A stretch of DNA of 64,000 nt from Octopus sinensis (GCF_006345805.1 NC_043005.1:25110001-25174000); one strand, 5' to 3'. Counted from the stretch's first letter, positions 12,542-23,802 are shown. Numbers and translations: made by a program. Notes: generated from the letters alone by a model not told the origin.

Positions 12542-15515
12542 GATATGTTTCTTTATTAGCCACACAGGGCTGCACACAGATAGAACAAATTACAAGGTAG
12601 AGCTTTTCTTTTGAAGGTTTAAAAAAAAAAAAAAAAGGAAGGGGGAGTTTCGATCAAAAGGGATCGTAAAAGGAGAGAAAGAGGACAAAAAAAAGGGGGT
12701 GTGAAAAAAAAAAAAAATCTGATCAATAGGGATCGTTATCACAGAAATGTCAATATGAAGTGTAAAGGGGAGGACAGGTGAGGTTTACCCGTGGAAAGAA
12801 AAGCCTACGGAAAAGACCACGGTAACCTCGGTCAATGGAGTCACATGTTACATTTTTTTTTTTTTTTTTTGCAAATAAGCAACTCTCTGTTTTCAATTTC
12901 TGGGTTCATAGGATCATGCTCAAGGTGGCTTCGTCATTCATACGTGCCATTCTTGCTAAATTCACCCATCTTTTTTTAAAACATTCGCTAGACAAAACTT
13001 GTCTCTCTACTCTCACTTTCCTTTTCAAGTGGTACTTGAAGAAGTTGATAAGAGATTGACCAGAGAGGAAAGTGTTTGTCTCCAATCCTTTCAGACGCGT
13101 CCACCAGATACATTCTTTCGCCATAGCCACAAGGATGATGAAAATAGCTCTTCCTTCCCGTTTGAAGGAGGGAGGCGTGGCAATATTAACGATAGACTCA
13201 GCGACTCGTGCAGAACGGTTTCGTCGCTCTGACCGCATCTCGGGCAGGTCGGCCTCGTGTTTCTCGAGCCGTGTCTGTAGAGCTTATCCCGAACGGGTAG
13301 CGCTTCTCGGTAGCACTGCCAGGCCAGGGATCTCTGGAAGTTGTCCATGGGCCCTGGCCCGAAAGTCGTCCTGAACAGGCGGGTCAGGTACTCCTCGTCG
13401 ACGTCCAGGTTCGCCCCGAGCTCGTCGTCGTACTTCCCCTCCACTAAACCCCTATAGAATGCTTTGGTTGTGTTGAAGTCACTCAAGGTCGACCCAGGAC
13501 GGCAGAGTTGCTTGAGAGCAACGCGACACTCGCGGTGCCAATCGCCCTTCTTCGGCCTCTTTTTGATCCACGACTGCAGTTCGGTCATGGAGACGAGCTG
13601 CGGGAAAGCGTGCCTCACAAACGGCGACCACACATGTTCACCGTCGTCTACATAGAGCCAGAGATGTCGCAGTCTCAGCGCGTGTCTGCGCATCATCAAC
13701 CACGGCATGCCCAGCCCTCCTTTTAACGGGTGTTGACAGCAAATGGATCGCCTGACCATCGGACGCATCCTTTCCACAAGAAGCGAAAGAGAATGCGTTG
13801 TAGTTTGGTGATGGTAGGGTCGGGACAAGGTACGACGGTCAGGCGGTAGTAGATGACGGACGCGATGTACGTGTTCGCCACCTCCGCCCGACCTTTTAGG
13901 GACAGTTTCCTCTCGGCCCATTGCCGGGCGAGAGTGACCACCCTACTCGTTATCTCGTTCCAGTTCTTCTCCACTTGGAGGTCAGGACCAAACCAGACCC
14001 CGAGCAACTCAACCGGGCCGTCGGTCCAGCGTCCCACGACGGAGGCGCTGGTGGACGGCATGGGCTTGCTTCTCCAGGTGCCTAGTCGCAAGCCCACTGA
14101 CTTTTCCCGGTTGATTTTCGCTCCTGTCACCGCTTCGTAGTTTTTCAGTGTCTCGCCGACCTGCTCGATGTGCTCGTGGCTTGACACTATGACGGTGACG
14201 TCGTCCGCGTATGCAGACACGCTCGTTCCGCATCCCAGTTCTCGCGGGATGCCTCTCAAGGTTGCTAGCTTCCGCAATAATGGCTCGAGAGTCAATACGT
14301 ATAGAAGCGACGAGAGGGGGCATCCCTGAGGGACTGAACGTGCGATGTCGAAGGGTCTCGATAGATGTCCATTCACGCGAATTACCGAACGGATGCCTCT
14401 GTACAAAGCGGCTATCCAGCCGCGGAAGACGGGACCGAAGCCAGCCGCTCCGAGGACCGCCTCCAAATATCGATGGTCTACCCTATCGAAAGCTTTCGAT
14501 TGATCCAAATTGATCAGCGCCCCACCCCTGCCAGGTTCGTTAACTACCCTGTCTATGATGTAGCGCATCAGGTGGAGGTTGTCATGGATGGTCCGGCCTG
14601 GCACGGCGCATGTTTGCGCCCTGTCGACCAGTTTCTCGATGACAAGCGCCAACCTCTTGGCTAGCACCTTGGCCAAAATTTTCAAGTCTGCATTAAGCAG
14701 AGCGATGGGCCTAAAGTTATCTATTACATTTCCCTTGTTTAGATCTTTCTTCAGCAGTGTTACGGCTCCTCGGCTCACAAAACCAGGAATGCTCCCGTTT
14801 TGCTGCCAGTTGCAGTACACCGCCGCCAAGAGGTCTCCAAACAAGTCTGGCATACAATTGTAAAGCTCGTAGGGTAGACCATCCAAACCCGGTGATTTGT
14901 CCCCCGAGCATTCTGCCATCGGTTCCTGCACTTCCGCCGCCATGATGGCACCTTCGCAGCACCCTGCCTTTCTTGTCGAGAGTCGTGGTAGGCTATGTAG
15001 GTAGGCACTGAAGTCCACCCTACGTTCTTGCCCTCCACTCGTTCCGAACAGTCGGGCAAAATGCTGCTGAAAGGCCTCACACATTTTACTTGGCTCGAGC
15101 AATTCGCGCCCCTGTTCATCTACCAGTGACCGAATGGTGGCTTTGTTGCCCTGTTGCGCCTCTGCCACCCGGGCCTCTCTCGCGGCTCCAACACCTTCGT
15201 TCCTTAGAGCACGCATCCTAGCTCTGACAGCACATCCTTCGTGTTTGGCGTTGAAGTGTTGGTCGAGGGCCAACCTCGCCGCCAAAACGTCGGATGCGAT
15301 GCCGCTTCTAATTGCCTCTTCTAGCTTCTTAACTAGCTCACCCTCTACTCTATTTCTATCTATGGCTAGTGCTTTGCTGTACCTAATCGCTTCTGCTTTT
15401 ACTGCTCTCTTGAGGGCAAACCACCATTTGTTGTTGATGATGGCTCCCGTCAAAGCCCTCTTTACTAGTGTGCTAATCCGGTCTCTGAAAACCTGTCTCG
15501 ATGGGAAAGACGTGT
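12542..15515 (-). mobile_element. L1/Tx1-clade LINE copy B, 5'-truncated in the EN-RT linker, with RT, zf-RVT region and 3' UTR
   Basis: ORF tracks 13723-15648 and 13091-13921 (minus) carry KSPGLDGLPYELY, NFRPIALLNADLKILAKVLAKRL, QTCAVPGRTIHDNL, LDQSKAFDRVDH, PQGCPLSSLLY, SAYADDVTV and CPRCG. One 1-bp frameshift near 13770 and a ~70-80-bp deletion near 13200 relative to copy C. Confidence 0.93.
13771..15515 (-). pseudogene. Uninterrupted ORF2 segment (linker plus reverse transcriptase) of LINE copy B
   Basis: About 580 open codons with all RT motifs including YADD. No start codon (5'-truncated); ends at a frameshift. Confidence 0.85.
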
Positions 15516-15695
15516 TAGATAGATAGACAAATACATAGATAGACAGATAAATGGATAGATAGATATAGGTAGAAGTGTGCAATTGAGTGCGTGTGTGTGA
15601 AAATGCGTGTGTGTGAAAGTGCGTGAGTGTTTTTGTGTGTGTGAACAATCAATTCATCAATCAGTCAGTCAGTCAGTCACTCACTCAATCAATCA

Positions 15696-15778
<83 letters not shown>
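15516..15778. repeat. Microsatellite spacer between head-to-head LINE copies: (GATA)n, (GT)n, (TCAG/TCAC/TCAA)n, (TCTA)n
   Basis: Directly visible. Pure (TCTA)n runs from 15697 to 15778. Confidence 0.9.
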
Positions 15779-17631
15779 ATAGAAGTATTCTTGGGAACGT
15801 CTCGTCCTTTACTCTTAGTGGGGGATTGGAATGCTACCTTGGACACGCATGTAGACTACGTGGGTAGAGATAGGAATAGACGGGGATGCAAATGCCTCAG
15901 AGACCTGCTCAGAGGCTTTCAACTGTCTGACAGGTTCCGACTAGACCACCCGAATGCGCCAACGTGGACATGGAGCAACCGCATCGGGTCGTCGAGATCG
16001 TATCTAGATAGGATACTGTGTAGGACAGTAGACAGAGATAGCATAGGATGTCCACAATTCCACATAGTCAGCTACACGGATCACAAACTTGTGACATGTA
16101 CGCTAGAAGAACTGGAACGAGATAACGAGTAGGGTGGTCACTCTCGCCCGGCAATGGGCCGAGAGGAAACTGTCCCTAAAAGGTCGGGCGGAGGTGGCGA
16201 ACACGTACATCGCGCCCGTCATCTACTACCGCTTGACCGTCGTACCTTGTCCCGACCCTACCATCACTAAACTACAACGCATTCTCTTTCGCTTCTTGTG
16301 GAAAGGATGCGTCCCGATGGTCAGGCGATCCATTTGCTGTCAACACCCGTTAAAAGGAGGGCTGGGCATGCCGTGGTTGATGATGCGCAGACACGCGCTG
16401 AGACTGCGACATCTCTGGCTCTATGTAGACGACGGTGAACATGTGTGGTCGCCGTTTGTGAGGCACGCTTTCCCGCAGCTCGTCTCCATGACCGAACTGC
16501 AGTCGTGGATCAAAAAGAGGCCGAGGAAGGGCGAATGGCACTGCGAGTGTCGCGTTGCTCTCAAGCAACTCTGCCGTCCCGGGTCGACCTTGAGTGACTT
16601 CAACACAACCAAAGCATTCTATAGGAGATTAGTGGAGGGGAGGTACGACGACGAGCTCGGGGCGAACCTGGACGTCGACGAGGAATACCTGACCCGCCTG
16701 TTCCGGACGACTTTCGGGCCAGGGCCCATGGACAACTTCCAGAGATCCCTGGACTGGCAGTGTTACCGAGAAGCGCTACCCGTTCGGGATAAGCTCTACA
16801 GACACGGCTCGAGAAACACGGGGCCGACCTGCCCGAGATGCGGTCAGAACGACGAAGCCGTTCTGCACGCACTCGTGCAGTGTCCAACAATTTCCGACCT
16901 GTGGGCTTGTGTCGAACAACTGCTGTCACGTGTGGGACGAGTCGGTTTATCAGCTGAGTCTATCGTCAATATTGTCACGCCTCCTTCCTTCAAACGGGAA
17001 GGAAGAGCTATTTTCATCATCCTTGTGGCTATGGCGAAAGAATGTATCTGGTGGACGCGTCTGAAAGGATTGGAGACAAACACTTTCCTCTCTGGTCAAT
17101 CTCTCTTCAACTTCTTCAAGTACCACTTGAAAAGGAAAGTGAGAGTAGAGAGGCAACTTTTGTCTAGCGAATGTTTTAAAAAAAGATGGGTGAATGTAGC
17201 AAGGATGGCACGTATGAATGACGAAGCCACCTTGAACCGTAAAAATTAATACAGAGAGTTGCTTATTTGCAAAAAAAAAAATAAAAGAAAGAAATATAAC
17301 ATGTGACTTCATTGACCGAGGTTACCGTGGTCTTTTCCGTAGGCTTTTCTTTCCACAGGTAAACCTCACCTGTCCTCCCCTTTACACTTCATATTGACAT
17401 TTCTGTGATTACGATCCCTATTGATCAACTTTTTTTGCTCTCCCCTTTTCTTTTCTTTTTTTTTTCCCTCCCCCCCTTTTTTAAAATCCTCCCTTATTTT
17501 TGTCCTCTTTCTTTCCTTTTACGATCCCTTTTGACGGAAAACCAACCCCCTTTTTTTTACCCCCAAAAGAAAAGCTCTACCTTGTAATTTGTTCTGTCTG
17601 TGTGCAGCCCTGTGTGGCTAATAAAGAAACA
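15779..17631 (+). mobile_element. L1/Tx1-clade LINE copy C: APE endonuclease C-terminal half joined by internal deletion to post-RT region and 3' UTR
   Basis: 15779-16104 encodes LLLVGDWNATLD, WTWSNRIGSSRSYLDRIL and SYTDHKLV (GDFN, SRID and SDH APE motifs). From 16105 it is collinear with copy B just after the RT (KNWNEITSRVVTLARQ). Confidence 0.92.
16134..17249 (+). pseudogene. Open ORF2 C-terminal segment with zf-RVT zinc knuckle (CPRC...H...C)
   Basis: 371 open codons: FQRSLDWQCYREALPVRDKLYRHG...TCPRCGQNDEAVLHALVQCP. Out of frame with the upstream EN fragment. Confidence 0.85.
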
Positions 17632-18282
17632 TATCTATCATTTTGTTTATCTTTTGCTCTTGTGAGGGAATACATTTCCGATGTGAGGGAATACATTTCT
17701 ATTAAATTAATTTCATCGAGTAGGCTTTCTTTAAAGTGTAAACTAACTTTTATTAACGAAATTTATGTCATTCGCTTTTTCGCGTATCCACGTTTACGTT
17801 TCTTCTCGCTCTCTTCCTCTCCGTCTCTCTGTACACACACACACAGACACACATCTTATATAAAACAATAAATAACAAAAACAATACAATGAGATAAAAT
17901 AAAAATGGTTTGAAAAATAACGCATTATTTGAACATTTCATGGGTGAGGGAATTCCTTAATTTTTGAACATTAGCCATTCATCAGAAATTATGAAAGAAA
18001 GAGAGAAAATGAACCAATATATAAAAATGACAAAGGTCACACGAAGAAGTTGAATTGGTGGAAACGAAGCGAGAACGAGGCTCTAAGGAGGGAAGGGGTA
18101 GGTGTGTCGAAGAGTGTACCAATGTGTTTCTGTGTCCCCGAATGGGTAAAAAGGGGAATGATGTATGTGTGTGAGGTTATGTACTGAGATGCGTTTTACT
18201 AAGGTAGTATAGTAGCATTGGTTGATGGAAGTGGGGATGTTTGTGTGTTTGTGTGCAAACGTGTATTTGTAATTGCTGAGTG

Positions 18283-18672
18283 AACGGAGGCGCAATGGCC
18301 CAGTGGTTAAGGCAGCGGACTCGCGGTCATAGGATCGCGGTTTCGATTCCCAGACCGGGCGTTGTGAGTGTTTATTGAGCGAAAACACCTAAAGCTCCAC
18401 GAGGCTCCGGCAGGGGATGGTGGTGATCCCTGCTGTACTCTTTCACCACAACTTTCTCTCACTCTTACTTCCTGTTTCTGTTGTACCTGTATTTCAAAGG
18501 GCCGGCCTTGTCACTCTCTGTGTCACGCTGAATATCCCCGAGAACTACATTAAATGTACACGTGTCTGTGGAGTGCTCAGCCACTTACACGTTAATTTCA
18601 CGAGCAGGCTGTTCCGTTGATTCGGATCAACCGGAACCCTCATCGTCGTAAACCACGGAGTGCTTCCATTCC
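18283..18672 (+). mobile_element. Full-length tRNA-derived SINE (~390 bp) with 12-bp target-site duplication
   Basis: A-box TGGCCCAGTGG and B-box GTTTCGATTCC. TSD AATTGCTGAGTG at 18271-18282 and 18673-18684. Same family as 46433-46627. Confidence 0.9.
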
Positions 18673-18748
18673 AATTGCTGAGTGGTAATGAGACAGAGTA
18701 TATGTGACGAAACGAGGACGAATTACTGACGAAGTGCGCACTGCACGT

Positions 18749-18779
<31 letters not shown>

Positions 18780-19974
18780 CATACACGCAAGCTATGACAT
18801 ACAGATACACCACCCTCACATACACTCATCTAGATATATTTATGCATGCGTATTCTTCACAGAGGATAACAAAAACGGAAACACGACCGGAGTTTTTTCC
18901 GAAATAGCGAACCCCACCGGGAATCCAACGTTGAATTAAATGGAGTGAGAGATTAAAACTACCATTTTCACTCTCTTTCTTCTCCCACTCACTCACTCAC
19001 TGTCACTCACTCACTCGCTCTCTCTCTCTTTCTTTCTCTATTTCTCTCTCTCCATCTATTTATTTCTTAATATTTAGCAGAGGCAACAGGGTGACCCAGG
19101 GGCCGGGTGTTTCGTGCGTTTTACTGATTGATAACTAGTTCGGTAAGCGCTAACGCACGGAACTTTTTGTCCTTGAGACTCTTGGTTGCTTCTGTTAAAT
19201 ATTAATAAACAAAGATGCATATATATATATATATATATATCAAGGAACTGAGACATCCCAAATCAAAGAAAAACTTACAACCAAAAGCCTTACCATACAT
19301 CTCCACACACAACCCTCTCAATAACGAAGCCTTCGACACCATCCTCCACAACATACCCCTCCTAAAAAAAGACCACAGAATGAACACAATCCTCCAAACA
19401 CACACGATCATAAAAAGCAAAAGACAGCCTAGATCCATGAAAAGTCTCCTTACACAAGCCCGAATTCACTCTTCAACACCAGAAGCCGACAGTAAAAAAA
19501 TGTGGAAGACCCAATTGCGGGATATGCGACTATCTAATTGAGGGATCAGAGTTCTCCTTCAAACAGGGACAACGGATTACAGTGAAAAGCAACTTCACAT
19601 GTGCTTCGGAGAACCTAATATACTCACTAACCTGCTCCGGGTGTCAAGAGCAGTACATAGGCCAAACAAAAATGGTTTGCGTAAACGAATGGCCCGCACA
19701 GATCCCAGATAAAAATTCCCCAAAACAGAAAAATAGCTTTTAGCCAACACATAGATACTTGCGCCAACAAAAAAAACACCAAACTTCAGAATTTTCCCCC
19801 TCTACCAATTTAGGGACGATACAACCTCGAGACAACGAATAAGTAAAGAAAATCTCTTTATTACAAAATACAAGCCACTTCTTAACGGGTCTACGACAAA
19901 CAATTAATATACCTCAACTTTAGAATAAAAGAAATATATACACACACAAATATTACACTCCATAGAATCCATTA

Positions 19975-20335
19975 CTAATCAGCCCCATCATAGCTATACT
20001 TACACCCTTTCATATTCTCCCTTCTCTGATTTTTCTTCATCTTCTTCTTCCTCTTCTTCTTCATCATCATCATTATCATCATCATCGTCGTCATCATCAT
20101 CACCACCATCATCACCACCATCTTCTCCTTCTCCTTCTTCTTCTTCTTCTTCTTCTTCTTCATCATCATCATTATCATCATCATCGTCGTCATAATCATC
20201 ACCACCATCACCATCATCGTCATCTTCTCCTTCTCCTTCTTCTTCTTCTTCTTCTTCATCATCATCATCATCAACATCGTCTTTTTCTTCTTCTTCTTCT
20301 TCTCCTTCTTCTTCTTCTTCTTCTTCTTCTACTTC
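19975..20335. repeat. Compound (TTC)n/(ATC)n/(ACC)n trinucleotide repeat with internal block duplication
   Basis: Directly visible, lying between the Penelope ORF and its terminal repeat. Confidence 0.9.
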
Positions 20336-20685
20336 TCCACCCCCTACCCCTTAACTTTGTCACTAATGCTTTTTAGTATAACACCTACGCTAATTCTATA
20401 AACAAGCCTGTCAATATAAATATTCTCCTGAATTGAACTGAGACTGCCAGCCGCCACTGACCATTCAAAACAGACCATCAGGGCACTCCCAGATTCTCCC
20501 ACCCCCTTTCCTCACCAGCCTTCTTCCTCTACTACCCTACCAAGAACTCACAACGACCTCCAACACACAAGTGCAAACAAGGGAGTCAGAGAAAGGCAGA
20601 ATGCCACTTAAATCTGAACACTACTATAGAAATATTCTTTTAAAAAAACTTTTCTTCTAATTTTTCTAAATTTAATTATTTAATC

Positions 20686-20731
20686 GTTACAGTTGAAAAG
20701 GTCTCAAAATGACCGAAACCGGTACTGAAAT
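20686..20731 (+). ncRNA. Minimal type-I hammerhead ribozyme (Penelope-associated), U3-A8 variant
   Basis: Stem I GTTACAG / CTGAAAT (one mismatch, one G-U); core TTGAAAA (20693-20699); stem II GGTC-TCAAAAT-GACC; GAAA (20715-20718); palindromic stem III CCGG; GUA cleavage triplet with predicted cut after 20724. Confidence 0.75.
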
Positions 20732-20815
20732 GTTCACTATAAAATTATTTTAGCATTTTCTATTTTTGACTTGTTTTTTATATATATATATATATATATT
20801 TATAAAGATGGATAG

Positions 20816-20862
<47 letters not shown>

Positions 20863-21088
20863 GACAGATAGATAGATATAAGTAGATAGATAGTAGTATA
20901 TTATATAATATATATAGAGAGAGAGAGAGATAGAGAAATATAAATAGATAGATAATATGTATATATATATATAAAGATGGATAGTTATTATATATATATA
21001 TATTTAGATAGATATAAATAGATAGATAGTATGTATATATATATATAGAGAGAGAGAGATAGAGAGATATAAATAGATAGATAGTATG

Positions 21089-21123
<35 letters not shown>

Positions 21124-21243
21124 TATAATATATATATATATATATATGTATTATATATATAGATAGATAGATAGATAAAGTGCTACTTCTTCAACAAAGT
21201 CACTGTACGATGATAAATAAGAACTCACATAATTTTACTTCAA

Positions 21244-21350
21244 ATTTAAACTTACTGAAATAGATTGACATGTGTAAAGCCGTGGGTACCAAAAATGTAT
21301 TTCGGCACCCACGGCTTCTCACATGTCATTCTGTTTCAGCAGGTTTAAAT
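21244..21350. other. 107-bp near-perfect hairpin (47-nt arms, 13-nt loop): tiny MITE or small-RNA precursor
   Basis: 21244-21290 pairs with 21304-21350 without gaps and with about 7 substitutions, some G-U compatible. Confidence 0.8.
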
Positions 21351-21577
21351 AAGCTGTTGATTAAACTGCCAATACATATCTATATGAAATGGAAGTGAAA
21401 GAATATGGTAAAATAAATTTTTTTAAATAGGAAAACTATTTATAGCGGATCGAATTCCGTTAGAAACTGTATTCTTTTCTGATGTTCATTTTGGTCTATA
21501 CAGAAATATTTCTAGTAATACTGTTTGTGCACGCATACATACAAATATACGAACGTATACACATGCACACACACACC

Positions 21578-21611
<34 letters not shown>

Positions 21612-21778
21612 GAGAATTTACAGAAAACCAAAAGACGAAGACGAGTTTGTAAACAACAAACATGTATTAGTTTAACGCTCGGAAAGTGGGAAAATCTTTT
21701 AAGTTTCGAGCCTACGTTGTATATATATATATACTGTACATGCATACACCAACACATAGATATATACAAAAATGCATA

Positions 21779-21827
<49 letters not shown>

Positions 21828-22172
21828 GTAATATATGTATACCTGTATACGCACGAATACATACATACATATACACACACATAAATTTACTGAATATCTC
21901 GTTTCTAAGTGTACTAATCTATGGCGGTGAGGCACCAGTTTTGGTTACATTATTTCAATTTACTAGGACATTTAATCCATTTTTACGTTCTGAGTTCAAA
22001 TTCCACCAAGGTTGACTCTTTTCGACTTTCTCTTTCATTTCACTCATTCTTTCGGTGTTCGATGAAAAACTGGAATAGATGTATTCGTCTAGACACACCA
22101 CACAAAATTTCAAGCCTTGTGCGAATAGTAGAAATAAGTACTGCTGCTACTACTTACTACTACTACTATTAT

Positions 22173-22207
<35 letters not shown>

Positions 22208-22215
22208 GAAGTACT

Positions 22216-22865
22216 GAGTGAGAGAGCTGCACATGCCATTAAAGTGTCACTTGGGTGCAAATATACAAAGTCCAATATATTGTTCACGACTATCCTATTT
22301 CTTTATTACCCACAAGGGGTTAAACATAGAGGGGACAAACAAGGACAGACATAGGTATTAAGTCGATTACATCGACTCCAGTGCGGAACTGGTACTTAAT
22401 TTATCGACCTCGAAAGGATGAAAGGCAAAGTCGACCTCGGCGGAATTTGAACTCACAATGTAACGACAGACGAAATACTGCTAAGCATTTCATCCGGCGT
22501 GCTAACGTTTCTGCCAGCTCGCCGCCTTATTGTTCACGAATATCCGTCTGATAAGGGTACACAGGCACATGCATTATAACGATAATTGCGCGCCATGAAA
22601 ACCTCAAATCAAAATAAACAGTGCAGGACCTTGCAAGTGGGGCCCAGTTAGAATTTTCTGCATGCCGAGTAGACCATCCCACTTAAAATGTCCCTGAATA
22701 ATGGTTATTTAAGGATGATGAACAATACACCCATGTTTTCAGAGGTGATGTGTTGAAACCCCAAAGAATTCCTCTCAATATATAGCTATAATGCTCCTCC
22801 AATACATCTCGTGATAAGAGATGCACATATCATCAGCCACTGATTAAGTTCAAGCAATTGACAAA
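22216..22865 (-). mobile_element. 5'-truncated copy of the 556-bp (TAA)n-associated retroelement, interrupted by a SINE
   Basis: Homologous to 22888-23443 and 48546-49102 from the 3' end (...CTCTCTCACTC) to ...TTGTCAATTG. Flanked by TAC/TAT repeats. Confidence 0.75.
22296..22527 (-). mobile_element. Complete Nin/Deu-like tRNA-derived SINE (232 bp) with 18-bp TSD and a Tx1-like 3' tail
   Basis: Head GGCGGCGAGCTGGCAGAAACGTTAGC and B-box GTTCAAATTCC. TSD TATTGTTCACGA(C/A)TATCC at 22278-22295 and 22528-22545. Ends ...GTGGGTAATAAAGAAATA. Confidence 0.88.
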
Positions 22866-22887
22866 TATTATTATTATTATTATTATT

Positions 22888-23443
22888 GAGTGAGAGAGCA
22901 GTGCATGCCTTCAAAGTGACACTGGGGTAAAATATACGAAGCCCAGTATACCCATCATGACTACCCGTCTGATAAGGGTACTCTAGGCACATGCATCACA
23001 ACCATATGTGCACGGCATTGTGATCTCATATCAAGATAAACAGCGCATGACCTTGCAGATGGGGCCCAGTTAGAATTTTTTTCTGGTCGAGTAGCCCATC
23101 CCACTCAAAAGGTCCCTGAATAAGGATTGTTTAAGGATGTTGAACGAAGCACCCATGTTTCCAAAGGTGAATTATCCAAACCTCCAAGAATTCCTTTCAG
23201 CACACGGCTATGATACTCCCCCAATACTTCTGCTCGTAATCAGAGATGCACATATTGTCAGCCACTAAAGGACATGGTCAACTTGTTGAAGTCAAACAAC
23301 TGACAAGCAAATCTGTGGTATTGAGCAGAATATTTGCTGTAGACCATCTTTTATACCAAGACAAAACAATGTACATGATAGCACTTCCAATCAGTTAAGA
23401 TCAAAAGACATGAGAGTCACTGTCTGCTGCTGCATCAGGTCAG
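22888..23443 (-). mobile_element. 556-bp non-coding retroelement embedded in (TAA)n
   Basis: Collinear end to end with 48546-49102. Its 3' end runs into (AAT)n on the minus strand and its 5' end abuts the TAT array. No long ORF or Pol III boxes seen. Confidence 0.75.
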
Positions 23444-23448
23444 TATTA

Positions 23449-23483
<35 letters not shown>

Positions 23484-23544
23484 TATTATTATATATATTA
23501 TTATTATATTATTATTAATATATTATTATTATTATTATTATTAA

Positions 23545-23578
<34 letters not shown>

Positions 23579-23653
23579 TTATATTATTATTATAATTTAT
23601 TATTGTTATTATTATTATTATTATTATTATATTATTATTATTTATTATTAATA

Positions 23654-23693
<40 letters not shown>

Positions 23694-23700
23694 ATTATTA

Positions 23701-23748
<48 letters not shown>

Positions 23749-23802
23749 TATTATTATTATATTATTATTATTATTGTTATTATTATTATTTTATTATTAT
23801 TA

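Larger units (their letters stand above)
19241..20778 (+). mobile_element. 5'-truncated Penelope-like element: RT thumb/linker, GIY-YIG endonuclease and 3' pseudo-LTR
   Basis: Frameshifted ORF: KSKRQPRSMKSLL, CGRPNCGICDYL (19501), NFTCASENLIYSLTCSGCQEQYIGQT (GIY-YIG), ending YKPLLNGSTTNN* (stop 19905-19907). Flanked by (TA)n on both sides. Confidence 0.88.

Noticed and set aside
17661-17699. Short direct repeats (18 bp here; similar at ~33500, ~50210, ~54970) as CRISPR-like or TSD signals
   Set aside because: Only two units each, with no spacer array or enclosed element; consistent with local slippage duplications in a eukaryotic genome.
18286-18360. tRNA gene
   Set aside because: A and B boxes are present, but the sequence continues into a SINE body bounded by a TSD. 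The same applies to the other tRNA-like heads.
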